A stretch of 64,000 nucleotides of DNA from Paraspadella gotoi (Eukaryota; Animalia; Chaetognatha), in contig JBJCIZ010000239.1 in NCBI GenBank assembly GCA_051294375.1, positions 801,721-865,720 on the forward strand. Direction: 5' to 3'. Both the position numbers and the translations under genes were made by a program. Positions within the stretch are counted from its first letter, which is position 1; every line of letters begins with the position of its first letter. Below are positions 13,991 through 32,708 of the stretch, piece after piece. Below the pieces are notes generated by a model. That model was given only the letters and a program-made list of their open reading frames with translations, did no database searches and was not told the origin of the DNA.

Positions 13991-14480
13991 CTTGTATTTG
14001 GAATGCTAGTGCGGAGTACAATAAGTATTCCCCGATCTAACATCTTAAGGAGTGGTCTTTTATACAATTGAACACATTCTTTGAAATATTTTCCACTTCA
14101 TTTAAGGGAAGGCACAGGTAACTCTGGAGATAAATAACGGAGCGTGTGAGAGAGTCTTGATTGAAAGCTTGCATGACCTGCTATGTAATCTATCTTTGTA
14201 AGTAGTGATGGGAAGGCCTATAACACCACCAAAGACCCTGTCCAAAGTCCGGGCAAAGATAGCTTAATTTTATTAAAAATGAAATGGATATAATTTTATA
14301 TTGGTTGACCAGAATTTCATAAAAGGTCCTATTAAATACTTTATAAAGGCCTTAATTAATATAAAGTCCTATTAAATACTTTATAAAGGCCTTAATTAAT
14401 ATAAGTCCTATTTAAATACTTATTAAAGGCCTTAATTAATATAAGTCCTATTAAAATACTTTTATAAAGGCCTTAATTAA
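13780..14480. repeat. 40-bp AT-rich minisatellite interrupted by a ~320-bp dispersed repeat
   Basis: Unit ttaaggcctttataaagtatttaataggactttatattaa, here in reverse complement at 13780-13940 and 14325-14480. Forward arrays at 15432-15590, 17511-17600 and 19440-19580. Confidence 0.85.
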
Positions 14481-15379
14481 CTGCCGAGTATATTACGTCA
14501 ATTAGTTTGACAGGTGCGAGATTCTCAAAGAACGATTTTTAACCTTTTTCATAATTCGTACTCAAGGACCTTTTTTTTTGGGATGTTTAATTGTTTTGAG
14601 TTGAGCCGCTAGGAGGAATTTTTTCAAATCAATTTTTTTGTCGGTCTGTCTATTTTTTCCGTAAATTTAAATTACTAATAAAACATTATTGCAGTTAATA
14701 TCAGTAAGTAATTACTAAAAAGATTATTGTGCTTATGATTTGCATAAGTTTGACTCCGGTATATAAAAAATGAGTCTTACTATCACCAAAATAAAAACGA
14801 TTTTTTTAACTTCTTCCTTCAAATAAAAAAATGATCATGGAAAAATGTTTAAAACGAGGTTAATAAAAAAAAAAAAAAAAAAAAAACAAAGGATTTATTC
14901 GTCTATGCGGCGCGACACCCTCGGAATCATCGGTCCCTTATTCTTCCAAGCGGATCCTGAGGCCGTCACCTGACCCTCACTAACGTGTTCTACTTACACG
15001 AGCGGAGAAACATTTTCCATATAACGACCTCGGTCTATACAGAATTTTAATTAAAAGGAAGCGAAGGTTCAAATAAAGCGAAACGCGTCGCCGGATCTTA
15101 ATCTTTTCTCAAATAATCTCCGAGGTTTTATTTTTTTTTTTAAACTAAAAGGAAACAAGAAGAAAAAAAAAGAAATAAAAACATACCTTTCCGTGGCTAA
15201 AGTAACAAAGGTTGTGAAAACCCTGTGATAACTTTAAATCTCCGCGGAATTAATTCCTCCTCACGAAATGTAATCTTACCTTTGCGCGACGAGGTGAAAC
15301 GCCTCTCAGTATCATCGTGCATTCGCACCTCAACCGCGTGGGAACAGCACGTGATATCTCATTCAAATCATAATCAGTT

Positions 15380-18300
15380 TGATTTTATGAACTTGGTACA
15401 ACCAATATAAAAATTATCCATTAATCCATTAATTAAGGCCTTTATAAAGTATTTAATAGGACTTTATATTATTTAAGGCCTTTATAAAGTACTTAATTGG
15501 ACTTTATATTAATTAAGGCCTTTAAAAAGTACTTAATAGGACTTTATATTAATTAAGGCCTTTATAAAGTATTTAATAGGACTTTATTTTCTTCGTGAAT
15601 CATAATGAGATGTATGCAGAGCACGGTGCACACTGCACATTTCTTTTTAGGAGCTGTGTCTTGCGAGCACTCGGTAAAAATGGTTTATATTGAACTGTGA
15701 ATGATTCACTGAGCAATCAGCTCTTCACAATCAAAACGTCACGTGATCTGTGGACGAACATTTCTACAACTTTGCCCATTTATATATATCCCCGATGTCT
15801 CGTGGCGTGACGCCAAGTGGGCGTCAAGTTGCGTCAAGATTCAACTTGTGCGGCGCAGAAAAGAATGATATAAATTTCGGTGCAAAAGTCAAACAATTCA
15901 TCTCAGTAGATTAAATATGGCAAAAAATTAACGTAATAATGGCATCATTAAACGAGTACAGAATGATATCATAATATCTAGAATAATCTGAATTGTTTAA
16001 CATATTAAATATATTTTTTTTTAAAAAAGCGGACAGACGCTTTAGAGCATTATCCATAAGACGTAGGAAATACAGCAGTCTATAATCTATTCATATGACA
16101 AGGGGATTACCCACCGATAAGGCTGACCCTTTGATTGATGGGCGGGGCCGTTGTTTCCTCGTTACTGGGACGGTAAATTCTGTGCGGTGAATCCTCTGCG
16201 GAAAAAACGACTTTATTTTCGGTCTACGTGTCAACTTTTACCTTTTAGCCCAGATTTTTATCCAAATCTGCCGGAGTTTTTGTTATTTTAACATTTTTTT
16301 TAGTAGTACTAAAAAAGAAACTATATGGTAACAAATGATGATCCTTTTTTGGGGGGCGAAATGAATGAAAAGTTGCAATTTTAATGTTTTCCAGAGGGAT
16401 TTCTTTATTTCCCAAAAATGTCAAATTTATACTTATATATATGTACATTCAGTTCGCACTCAGAACCTGAATATAAATGTGACGGACGTGAATATTTTCT
16501 CCGTGAAACCAACGTCGATTGTGAAAAAGTCTTTCGTGAGTCTCGTTCAATGATTGAACGAGACTCCGCCTCTTCGCCCGTCGTTAAATGTTGTCGTTGT
16601 TGTCGTTGTTGTGGTTTTTTTTCACATCCGACGAATCATTTAATTGATTAGATTCGAGTCACTCGATTCGGAAATGGTCTTGGGTTTTGTTTATAAAACA
16701 AAAGTCAAGCCGAAAGATCGAAAAATAATACTGTGAGAATCGAAAGCTTGCAGGGAACCTGCTATGTTATTATCTTGGAAGAGCGATGGAGTTCCTCAAC
16801 CACCCAAGTCTGTCCAAAGTCAGGGACGAGATGGCTTATTTATCAAATTGATGGATAATTTTTATATTGGTTGTGCCAATTTAGTAAACAAAAAAGTGAT
16901 AGAAAACGTAAATATTATTATGAAATATGAATAAAAAAAAAATTTGTCCGCTAATTCGAGGTTAAAATCAAAGTGTCAAGTTTTTAAATATATTTTTTTC
17001 TGAAATCTCTTTTAAACAGGTTTTAAGATAGCCGAATAAAGATGAATATATTGGATGGACAGTGTAACAGTACAAAATTGCGCATATATTTTTGTCGCTC
17101 ACGTGTTTCAAAATTAATAAAACCTAAAAATAGACTAAAAGTCAACCCGGGTGGCGAATAGAGCACCCCCCAAAAAAATTATCGATGTAAAATCAATTTC
17201 TGGTTAGGAATTAAAAAAAGAAAAAAGAAAACGCGAGACGGGAACGAATCGTTGGCTGAGATGATGACGATGATGACGACGAAGACGATGACGACGACGA
17301 AGACGATGACGAAGAAGACGACGAAAATAACAGTAAAGACGGCGGCCGGAATAAACCAGTTTGAAGGAATAGTTGAGTGGAAGAAGAAATTTAAAAAAAA
17401 AAAAAAAACGAATTAATTGCTGTTTATAAAATTTTAAAGAAAGTAGTTGTGGGTTATTTTTAAACTTTAACTCGGCAGTAGGCGAATAAGAATATCTGAA
17501 NNNNNNNNNNATTTAATTGGACTTTATATTAATTAAGGCCTTTAAAAAGTATTTAATAGGACTTTATATTAATTAAGACCTTTAAAAAGTATTTAATGGG
17601 ACTCTATGTTCGTCGTGAATCATAATGAGATGTATGCAGAGCACGGTGCACACTGCACATTTCTTTTTCGGAGCTGTGTCTTGCGAGCACTCGCTAAAAA
17701 TTGTTTATATTGAACTGTGAATGATTCACTGAGCAATCTGTTCTTCACAATCAAAACGTCACGTGATCTGTGGACGAACATTTCTACAACTTTGCCCATT
17801 TATATATATCCCCGATGTCTCGTGGCGTGACGCCAACTGGGCGTCAAGTTGCGTCAAGATTCAACTTGTGCGGCGCAGAAAAGAATGATATAAATTTCGG
17901 TGCAAAAGTCAAACAATTAATCTCAGTAGATTAAATATGGTAAACAATTAACGTAATAATGGCATCATTAAACAAGTACAGAATGATATCATAATATCTA
18001 GAAGAATCAGAATTGTTTAACATGTTAAATATATTTTTTTAAAAAGTGGACAGACGCTTTAGAGCATTATCCATAAGATGTAGGAAATACAGCGGTCTGT
18101 AATCTTTTCATATGTCAAGGGGATTACCAACCGATAAGGCTGACCCTTTGATTGATGGGCGGGGCGTTGNNNNNNNNNNNNNNNNNNNNNNNNNNNNNNN
18201 NNNNNNNNNNNNNNNNNNNNNNNNNNNNNNNNNNNNNNNNNNNNNNNNNNNNNNNNNNNNNNNNNNNNNNNNNNNNNNNNNNNNNNNNNNNNNNNNNNNN

Positions 18301-18440
18301 NNNNNNNNNNNNNNNNNNNNNNNNNNNNNNNNNNNNNNTCAACTTTTACCTTTTAGCCCAGATTTTTATCCAAATCTGACGGAGTTTTTGTTATTTTAAC
18401 ATTTTTTTAGTAGTACTAAAAAGAAACTATATGGAAACAA
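15380..18440 (+). repeat. Second and third copies of the duplicated block (15380-17500; 17511-18440)
   Basis: 17511-18440 directly repeats ~15490-16335 across a 10-N gap. A much noisier copy follows at ~19440-19900. Confidence 0.85.
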
Positions 18441-21400
18441 AACATGAAACCTGTAGATGATCGGTCAGAGAAACACCTGCTTGACCTCAACCGAGATATT
18501 ATACATATTGGTAGCCGTAATTGTTTTCGTGCTTTTGACATTTGTTATTGCCATTGCATTGTGTTGGTACATCAAATGTATAAAACCATTGCGTGTGAGA
18601 GCTGGAAGCTGTACTCCCGGAGGCTTAGAGCGTTGCGTCCAGGGGGCCATATAGTTTGAAGTGACATTTGTTTAGACTTACCTTTGGGAGCCCCCGTAGT
18701 CCGTGATAGTGCCCTCTGTGGGTAGTGGGCAAGAACTTACCCATGTGGTAAGTTAAGAAGCCAGATTTTGGACGCCACGCTATGAAGCCCTCCTCCCTTT
18801 GTTCTCTCTGCTTCCTCTCACTCGTGCTCCTCTCCCTATCCCTCACTCTCTCCGTACTCTTTCTACCTCCGATCTGCATCTCTCCTCGCTCTCTTCTCAC
18901 GCGTAATAGAATTTTAACTCGCCTGCTTCCGCCCATTTTTAACATCATCTAGAGATAATTAATACAGGTATAACACCACGCGATAACTCGGTCATGTATT
19001 TTTAATTAATTATATTTAGTTATAACAAATAACACATTAAACAATTCGCCTACTCCTCTCGGCACAATAATTCTTCCTCCCTCTCCCTGCCCACGCCCCA
19101 CATCTCCAACTACGCGCCCATGAATACAGAAGATCAATAAGGCTTGCCGTCTCTTGATACAGCGACAGAGAACCGGCACATACCTAACATGAATGGAGAA
19201 AGACTGAAGCCTGTTTTTACGGACATGGCGACTACCACGCCAGTCTTATCAAAGATTCCTTGCGTCATGTGTATGCTCGAACATTGCTCAAGTACTTGTT
19301 GCGCAGACGGAGATCAGGCTGTTTCAGCACTGGAAGGGATTGAGCTTATTCCTTGACACGAAAATGTCATAATAAAATAACTGCTGTCCAGCTTAATTAC
19401 AAAACTCGCAGGTTGTATATTTTTTTTAAGACGGTAGTATAGCTTTATTATTATTAAGGCCTTTATAAAGTATTTAATATAGGACTTTATATTTATTAAG
19501 GCTTTTATAAAGTATTATTGGATCTTATATAATTAATTAACTTTAAAAAGGTATTTATAGGACTATATTAAAGACCTAAAAAAGAGTATTTATTGATGTC
19601 ATGTCGTCGTGAATCATTATGAGAGTTATGCGAGCACGTGCAGCAACATATGCGGCATGGCGAGAAATGTAATCACAAATTACAACGTAATGAAAGAATA
19701 TATATGAATAGTTATAATATAAATATAGGATCCTTTCTTTCGTTGCGTTTTTGTTTTGTATTTCATTCAAGGCGACGAGATTTTTATATTTGCAAGGAAA
19801 GACGTGTATTGTTCGACTTTTAATTTCTAGGTCTTCATCAAATGCGCGCGACACTACAATTGATTATCCTCTTTGTCTTTGGCTTTTACAGATGAAGACC
19901 GCAAGTCTTGCAATGTTAATAGGGACGCAGGCAAGAGGACCAAGGACGAGATAGTTTAGGGGTCTCGGAAGTGTAAACTTTTTTTGACCGATTTGGTATA
20001 TGAGAGAATGATTTTTAATAAATTGTATGCCATTTGTATATTCTGCAATGGGGGGATTTGTTGGCAATGTTAAATGTTACGTGTGCACGAAAATAAATGA
20101 TGGTGTACCTTAAAATAGTTAGATTTCAAAGATTTATAAAAACAAGCTAAATTATCACAATGATATTGGTGTTCTAAAGCTACATTTCCACGCATATTAG
20201 AAAATCTTAGGTTTTATTTCCTTTCCTTTCTTTTTGCAGGATGCTAGGCGCACCCGTACTACCTTAGCTTCATAGCACTATGGACTACGTCAGTTCTAAG
20301 CGGAGACTGGGCGCAACTTCGTTCGCGAGATACCGTCTTCGAACCCCCACAAGTTGGTACCCACCCTGGCTAATCCGATGTACATCCGAAGGAGTGCTAC
20401 ATGGCCGGCCTTTCATCTCGATCAAAACGCTGCGTGTATTGTCAGGTCTATCGTGTCCGTTCAATCATAGTCATATTGCAAAGAAATTCGATAATAAATA
20501 TATATGGCTATAAGTTCTGTACACTTTTTAGTTTACGCTCGTTTTCTTCATTATATATTATTTTTTTAGCTATTTATTGTAATATAAAATTTTAATGTTC
20601 TAATCAGGGCGGCGGAGAGGGAGTTATTTTCGTTCACCCTGCGAACTCAGGTGAGGGGCTCGGAAGTTCCCCCTGAGAAGAGAGGCGTAAAAGAAGATAA
20701 AAAAGAAGAAATGATCAGAAAGAAAAGGAGACCAGAAAAAAAAACAAATGGGAAGGAGAATCGTAAGGGAAGCCTATAGGTGAGTACTGGTGGGAGAACC
20801 GATTTTTGCAAGAGCAATGATCAAAGTCCCTTGGTGGATAGGCCATGCGAAACGGGTAAAACTAAAAATTCGGGTGAGAGTGAGGGGGGGAGGCGGCCAG
20901 GGTGACAGATAGGTATGAGTACAGCGGTCAATTATCTACTCTGCCGCCCCTGATTCTATAGGAATAATACGAAATGATAGGCACAAAGTCAATCACAATT
21001 AATGACAAATCCACATCAAGTGAATAAAGAATTAATGACCGATTTCAGGTATGTATTTGTTTAGTAACAATTTTAAATATGATAAGATAAAAGCCATAAA
21101 ATTTGTGTTCTTCTCATTTAGTATGTACAAAGGCTGTATAATCAAATCATTACTGACAAATGACGGCAATTGACGGCAGTCGGCCATCGATTACTTCACT
21201 TTTCACATTCCTTGAGCTCTTGTGATTCACGTTGGACCCACCAGTCGTCACGGACAACGGGCGCAAATATAATTTTATCGGTAGGTGAACACTTAGCCTC
21301 AGCTTTAATTCGGGAGGATGTCGGTCCGGTGTGCTCGATTCAAAGAGCGACAAACGGTAAAGGCACTGCGAGAAGGTAATAGTTGCTTCTTTAAGCAAAC

Positions 21401-24400
21401 ATTGCGGATCTATCTAACATCCATATAGGATTCATACCGCTGTTGCCTAGTTACATTTTCCAAGCCAGACGTAGTGCGTGGAGAACCAACCGGCAAGCAT
21501 ATCACTTTCAAGGCAGCACTTCTCTTTAGTCCTGCTTCGACTATATACGCATGGATTAGCGCGCGACAAATGTTTGTAGTCAAGCTGACCCAGGATATTT
21601 CCGCCTCAAAGGTGTTAGATAGCGTCTTTATTATGAAATAAAAAATAATAATAAATAATAATTATAAATATGTTTAATGTTAAAAAACTCACTTAATTTC
21701 TCCTTAAATAAAGCCACGCCTACATCCTTGCGTTAAGATATCCAATAATCCAAAAATACCAAAGATAATTAGAACGGTATTTGCGTTAAGGTTAGTTTAA
21801 ACATGGTAGTTTGTAATTTTCTACAATAATGTATATATGGCTGCACAAGGGTGACTGCGCTTATGACGGTGTGGATTAATTTCTTGAAACCTGCAATGAC
21901 ATAACATGAAGTTACATTGACATGAATCATGAAATTACAATTACCGTTATTAACTTTTTTCGCCCTGTCTTGTAGTAATCTAAGACACATGCCACTTGTA
22001 TCAAAATTACATATTTTTATTCCTTATAGTTGTTCAGAAATGTGTATTCCTGGGTCGTGACAAATGAGCAACCAACATATAAGCAAATTTCTAATGGCAG
22101 GGATTTTTAATGTAGTGTAGGGACAGACCGTATGGGTACATTGATTCATACCCGTCAACGACTCTTCAGAAACCCGACCCGCAAAAAAGTGATCTTATAG
22201 AGTTGCTCCGCGAGTACTCCGCGCAACAACTTAAAAAGCCAGCAATTCTTTGATGTCCCCTCATTCCTCGTTTCTCATTCAGCAGCAGGGCTTCGCGCGA
22301 ACCACAAAGGGAAAAGGGCCTCTCTGCTCTCCAGCTCGGCCATCAAGTTTGCGGTTCGAAGAATGAGGGGGCGCTTCTTTTCGGCCAGGATTCAGAGTAT
22401 GATGGGCCGAGTTTACAAGAGAATCGACCCTACGGAGCCATGGCCATTTATCGGAGGTCGTATTTAATGTGCGGGTGAGGGAATTGATCGACGATTTATA
22501 TTTATATTCTTCAGATTTGATTACACCGTAATTTATTAGTGAAGGAGAGATTTAGAGACTCAAGTGTGTTTGGAAATAGTATAAAAATTTAATCTATCGC
22601 AAACAAAAAAATAGGGATAATTACGGGTGTTGTTGATATTGGAAAACAGTTCTCGTACTGATATTATCATTTTAACAATAAAAAGAATATTTTCATAAAA
22701 TATACTGTGGCGCCATAGTATATTTGTGTCAACTCATTTTTTATTTCAGCTTTGACCTTCCATCGACCATCAACCGTGCGAACATCTAACGACTTATCTT
22801 CCTGCAATCCTTACAGCCTCTTTCCAAATGTCGCTTCAACTTCGATGTCAAGATCATACTTCGACTCATTCTCTCGGCAGCATCATACGCGTGCTCTCTT
22901 CCTTCTCACTTACTGTTCTTCATCATCCGAGCTTCGCCATGCATTCGTAAGCTCTATCCGGCGGCATCCTTCTCTTCCTTAAACGCGCGATCATCGGCGG
23001 CACAGAGGCAACTGCAAGATCAAGCTGGGTTCAAAGAAGACCAGGGTAAGAGAACCTACATCAAAACTCGTCGCCCCGCTCTAGACGTCGGCCTCAAAGT
23101 CAATGCGCTTCAAGGACATGAATCAAAGGATTAGCATGGTCTTTAGCAACTCTGGTCCGTAATGCTTGTCGTCTTCTCTGACTGCTCATTCTACAATCGT
23201 CATGAGGCATGATCAACTATGGCGCATGGCTGTCATCAAGAGACATGAAAATCTGCCCAGTAAGTTTTTTTGTTATTAATTAAACGAATTTTTTTTTTAG
23301 TAAGTACTCTGCGCGCGTCATTTGGGAAGAGGAATGTGGTCAATTACATGGAACAATAGAATTGGACCACCAATTAACACACGTTGGGATCAAAAATAAG
23401 AGCTCATGAGTTTGGCCTTTGATATACTGTCATCAAAGGATTATCTCAACATCAGCCATTTAAACTAAGAGAACGCTACGAGATGTAATGCGACAAGAGT
23501 CTATGATAATTGGGATCAACATTGTGCGTTAAGATTTATACTCCCGAATAGAGCGCCGAAAATCAAGGAATTGCATAAACGAACATTACGGCTTCTCCCA
23601 TTGGGCGAGGGAGATGAGTCATTTTCATCGGGACATTGTTTTCTGAATTATTCTGTAGGACTTTGCAACATACCTATCGCAAACTGATAAACGGAAGGTC
23701 TCGGAGTGGAGGGTGAGAACTCGGATATATGAATCGCTATACAAACGATATCTGCAAGGGTTTTGTAGCGAACTGCTCACGCATCGCCGCTGCCGAAGGT
23801 AGCGACGTGACTGGCGTATTACGTACCGAACAATGGAAAGGTACTACAGCCCTCCGTAATCGTCCATCATATCCGGCATAATCTTTCGAAGACTCATCGA
23901 TGCTTATTTTGTTGACGCAAATACACTCAGAATATTCCCAGACGTATTCACGTGTACAAACGTCTGAAAGACTGAGCAATCATTTGAAAAATGCCGGGCA
24001 CCAGCGTCCATCCGCGGAACAACGTCTACGATTTCCTCAGAGGTAGTAGTAACGACGTGATTTTTTTTTTTTTTTTTTTTTCCTTTTTCGGATGGGAATG
24101 GAAAAGGTTTGCAAAAACCCTCTTATTGGGGATTTCAGGAGATTTCTTTTATTTCAAAAATTGTCAATTTATACATATTTATAAAAAAATATGTACATTC
24201 AGTTCGGCCAATTACAGAACCTGAATATAAATGTGACGGGGACGTGGAATATTTCCTCCGGTGAAACCACGTTCGGGATTGGGTGAAAAAGTTTTCGTGA
24301 GTCTCGTTCAATGATTGGAACGAGACTTCCTGCCTCTTGCCCGTCGTAAATGTTGTCGTTGTTGTTGTTGTTTGTTGTTTTTTTTTTTCAAACATCCGAC

Positions 24401-25552
24401 GGAATCTTTAATTGATTAGATTCGGAGTCACTCGATTCGGAAATGGTCTTTGGGTTTGTTTTATAAAACAAAAGTCAAGCCGAAAGATCGAAATAATACT
24501 GTGAGAAATTCGGGAAAGCTTGCAGGGACCTGGCTTATGTTATTATCTTGGAAGAGCGAATGGAGGTCCTAAACCACTCAAAGTCTGTCTAAAGTCAGGA
24601 TCAGATGGCTTATTTACTCAAATTGATGAATAATTTTTCTTTGGTTTGTCCAATTCGTAAAAAACGAAAAAGTGATAGAAACGTAAATATTATTATGAAA
24701 TATGAAATAAAAAAAATTTGTCGGCTAATTCGAGGTTAATTCAAAGTGGTCAAAGTTTTAAAATATCATTTTTTTCTGAAAATTCTCTTTTAAACAGGTA
24801 GGATTATTTAAGTTAGCCGAATAAGATGAATAAATTTGGATGGACAGGTGGTAACAGGATAAAATTGCGCGCATATATGTTTTTGTCGCTCACGTGTTTC
24901 AAAATTAATAAAACCTAAAAATGAGAACTAAAAGATCAGATGGCCGGGTAGGCATGAGACTAGAGCACCCCACAAAAAAAATTAATCGATGTAAAATGTC
25001 AATTTCTGGTTGCAGCGACAGTATTAACCAAAAAAAAAGAAAAGCGAAGACGGGAACAGAATCGTGGCTGAGATGATGGACGATTGATAGAGACGAAGTA
25101 CGATGAGACGACGACGTAAAGACGATGACGAAGGAAGACGACGAAAAATAACAGTAAAGACGGCGTGCCGGAATAACCCAGTTTTGAAGGAATAGTTGAT
25201 GTGGAAGAAGAAATTTAAAAAAAAAAAAAAATCGAAATTAACTTGCTGCTATTATTAAGAATATTTAAAGAAAGTAGTTGTGGGTTATTTTTAAACTTAT
25301 AAACTCGGCAGTAGGGCCGAATAAGAATAATCTGAATAAAGATAATAAGGAGAGTTAAAATAAGCAAGTAAAAGAAAAGATTTAAAGAAGATTATTTTTT
25401 CTTTTTATAATGTGGGTAAAATCTGGAATGCAGTAACAGACAAGAATACGGACAAAGAGATCGTCGAAACAAAGCAAAATTCCTTGAAAGCGGAAATTCG
25501 AAGCTGATGTTGATGCGCGACTTCGTCGACGGTCCTGTCAATGAATTGAGAG

Positions 25553-25629
<77 letters not shown>

Positions 25630-25798
25630 AGAAATTGGTATATAGAAGACGATGAAATTTTTTTGCATTTTGCACCGTTTCTCGCTCAGCGTGCTGTGAC
25701 CGAGCACTATCCATTGGCCTTCCCCATCGCATCAACTCCATTCTTTCCTGCTTTCCATCATTCTCCGTGTTCTCTTATTTCTTCATCTGTCTTCTCTC

Positions 25799-25848
<50 letters not shown>

Positions 25849-26643
25849 NNNNNNNNNNNNNNNNNNNNNNNNNTCTCTCTCTCTCTCTCGCTCGCATGCG
25901 AGAGACGGAAAAAGTATTTGCGTAAGAAGCCGCGAGAGAGAAATTGGGGCAAATGGTTTTTAAATTTTGGCCGAATCGGAAAATGGGCGGAGAAAGGACA
26001 AAAAAGAAAAATGGATATAAATATAAGGATGAGTAAAAAGTAACTGAGGGAAAATATATAAAAAAAAAGACCAAAAACCAGATCGGAAATTCAAATGTTT
26101 CGTTGCGCCGCGGTGACTTTGTTATCCCGTACTATATTGGAATACGGTTTTTTATTTCTATAGTTTATATGAGATTTCTTTAAAAAAAACAATAGGCGGC
26201 GCTAGTAGTCGTTTAGATTTGTGGTTTTTTTTTCCCCGTCTTATCAAATTAGCAACCGACTATAGGTGAGTTATGAGCATTTTTAACCTAAGTGGGACAG
26301 ACCGACGTACAGACAGACGGACCGACCGACCGAAAAGTGATTTATAGAATTTGATTTTAATCTTAATATTAAATCCTACTCTTAAATCCTAACCTATTCT
26401 TGATCTCTAACCCTAAACCCTTTGTCCTTAATTTAAGATGAAATGAGGCGTTCTGGGAAAACAAGGCCAAAAACTAACCGAATAATTAAGGAAAAAAACC
26501 CTTAGCGTGAATACTACATAAATTGAAACGTACAGATGTCACCGTTTAAGACGACCGCGGTCAGGAGCTCCGGGTCGGGATCAGGATGAAGATGCATTCG
26601 CACGTCGTCACGTGATTAATGATAAAATGATCACTTCCTTCTT

Positions 26644-26739
<96 letters not shown>

Positions 26740-26861
26740 AAACATTCGAAATGTAACGAAATAAAACGTTGAAGAATCGGTTAATAATAAATCAATTTCA
26801 TATATCCGGTAAAGTTTCAATTTATAATTTTCTTTTCGAATTCAACATATTGTCGTCGTCG

Positions 26862-27171
26862 ATATGGAATCAGTTTTTCCAGGTTAAAGTCGCATAAAAC
26901 AATGTTAATATTAGAAAGTTAGTATTTTTAACTACCCTGATGAGACAGTAGTTATAGTTACGTGTTAGTGACAGAACCGTTCAATATAAGCAGTCCTGAG
27001 CTTTTAATTTATAGTTAAATACAACTTAGCATAAAAAAACCACTGAGAAAATAATTGAATGCAGTAGTTATGAAAATAGTTTGATTTTGTGTCTAACGAC
27101 TAACTTAAAATAGCGAATAATATTTATTACAATAATTTACAATAATTTTTTCCTTCAAGAGTCACACCCCG
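26862..27171 (+). repeat. Direct duplicate of 28047-28359 (exon 1 end, intron 1, start of exon 2 of amidase 1)
   Basis: Near-identical text ending ...ttcaagagtcacaccccga immediately before an N gap. Typical contig-end overlap. Confidence 0.85.
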
Positions 27172-27982
27172 ANNNNNNNNNNNNNNNNNNNNNNNNNTTT
27201 TTCGTTCGTCTTTTTTCTTCGTCTCGGTTGTCGTCGCCATGAAAAGTAAACAAAGAGTGTGCACGGGGGGCGAGGGGCACGAGGAGCACGACGACCGACC
27301 GACGTACGAACGACCAGTGAAAATCGACGATAACATCGACTGACGTCCTTCCGCTGCCGCTATGTTCCACGAGGCCTTATCGCTATTATCTATTTATATT
27401 TACATAAAATTTAAAAGTTAAAAAAATAATTTTTAAACAGTAAAAGACTGTTACTTAACGGCCTGAATTGATTTTTTTTAAATTGAGTTTGAATGATAGA
27501 ATGGATTTAAAAAAAGTTGAACTTGTAAGTCTGATCTAGCGAAAAAAAAAGTTTCTTTAAAAAAAAAAATAGGTTTATATACTTAATCTAAGACTTATTT
27601 TTTCAATCAGAAAAAGACCAGTTTAAAAAAGCCAAATAAATAAGCAAAATATTTCTAAATTACAATAGCCAAAAAAACATGAATGAATTTTCTTCACTCT
27701 TTATTAACTCTTAACTTCAGTATTTACTTCTCGCCCTCGACGTTGTGTTCTTTTGCTTCGCCTAAGAGTTTAGTTCCGCTTTATTCCGCCAGGATAATAT
27801 TTGATCAAAGTTCAAACCTGGGATAGGACTTAGGAGGGATGTTTGAAGGTTGAAGGTTGTCGTTTTGTCTGATAATGACACGGGTTCAAAATCGATGTTT
27901 CGCCTAAAAGTGATCAAAGTGAGAGGGTCACGAGTTTTTGAATTTTTTCGATATACATAAATAAATTAAAGAATTAGTCATA

Positions 27983-32335
<4,353 letters not shown>

Positions 32336-32708
32336 AATAATGTTATTTTGAAGTTAATTTTAGCAATTTTTTTAAAAATTGACTAACTTTTTTTCTTACA
32401 ATCAGTTGTATTGCCTTCAAATGCTTTTTCGGTACCTAAATCGTTTTTGACTATTCGAGTTTTTATTAAAAACTCGTTTGAGGAAAGAGAGAGTGAGAAA
32501 GAGAAAGAGAGAGAGACAGACAGACAGCAGGTCCGAACGAGAAAAAAAACATTAAAAAAAGTCAGTCGAATAGATTTTCTTTTTTTTCGGTCATCAGATG
32601 GCGGTTGTCGAAAAAATACTGGCTTAAATCGATAGAGACACTTTGACCTCGCAAGATCAGGTTTCCGATGTCTACACATTTTTTTCAAAATCTCAAGCGA
32701 AAAGAAAA

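Noticed and set aside
15432-15590. CRISPR-like regular repeats
   Set aside because: The 40-bp units are contiguous with no unique spacers, the context is eukaryotic and there are no cas genes. It is a minisatellite.
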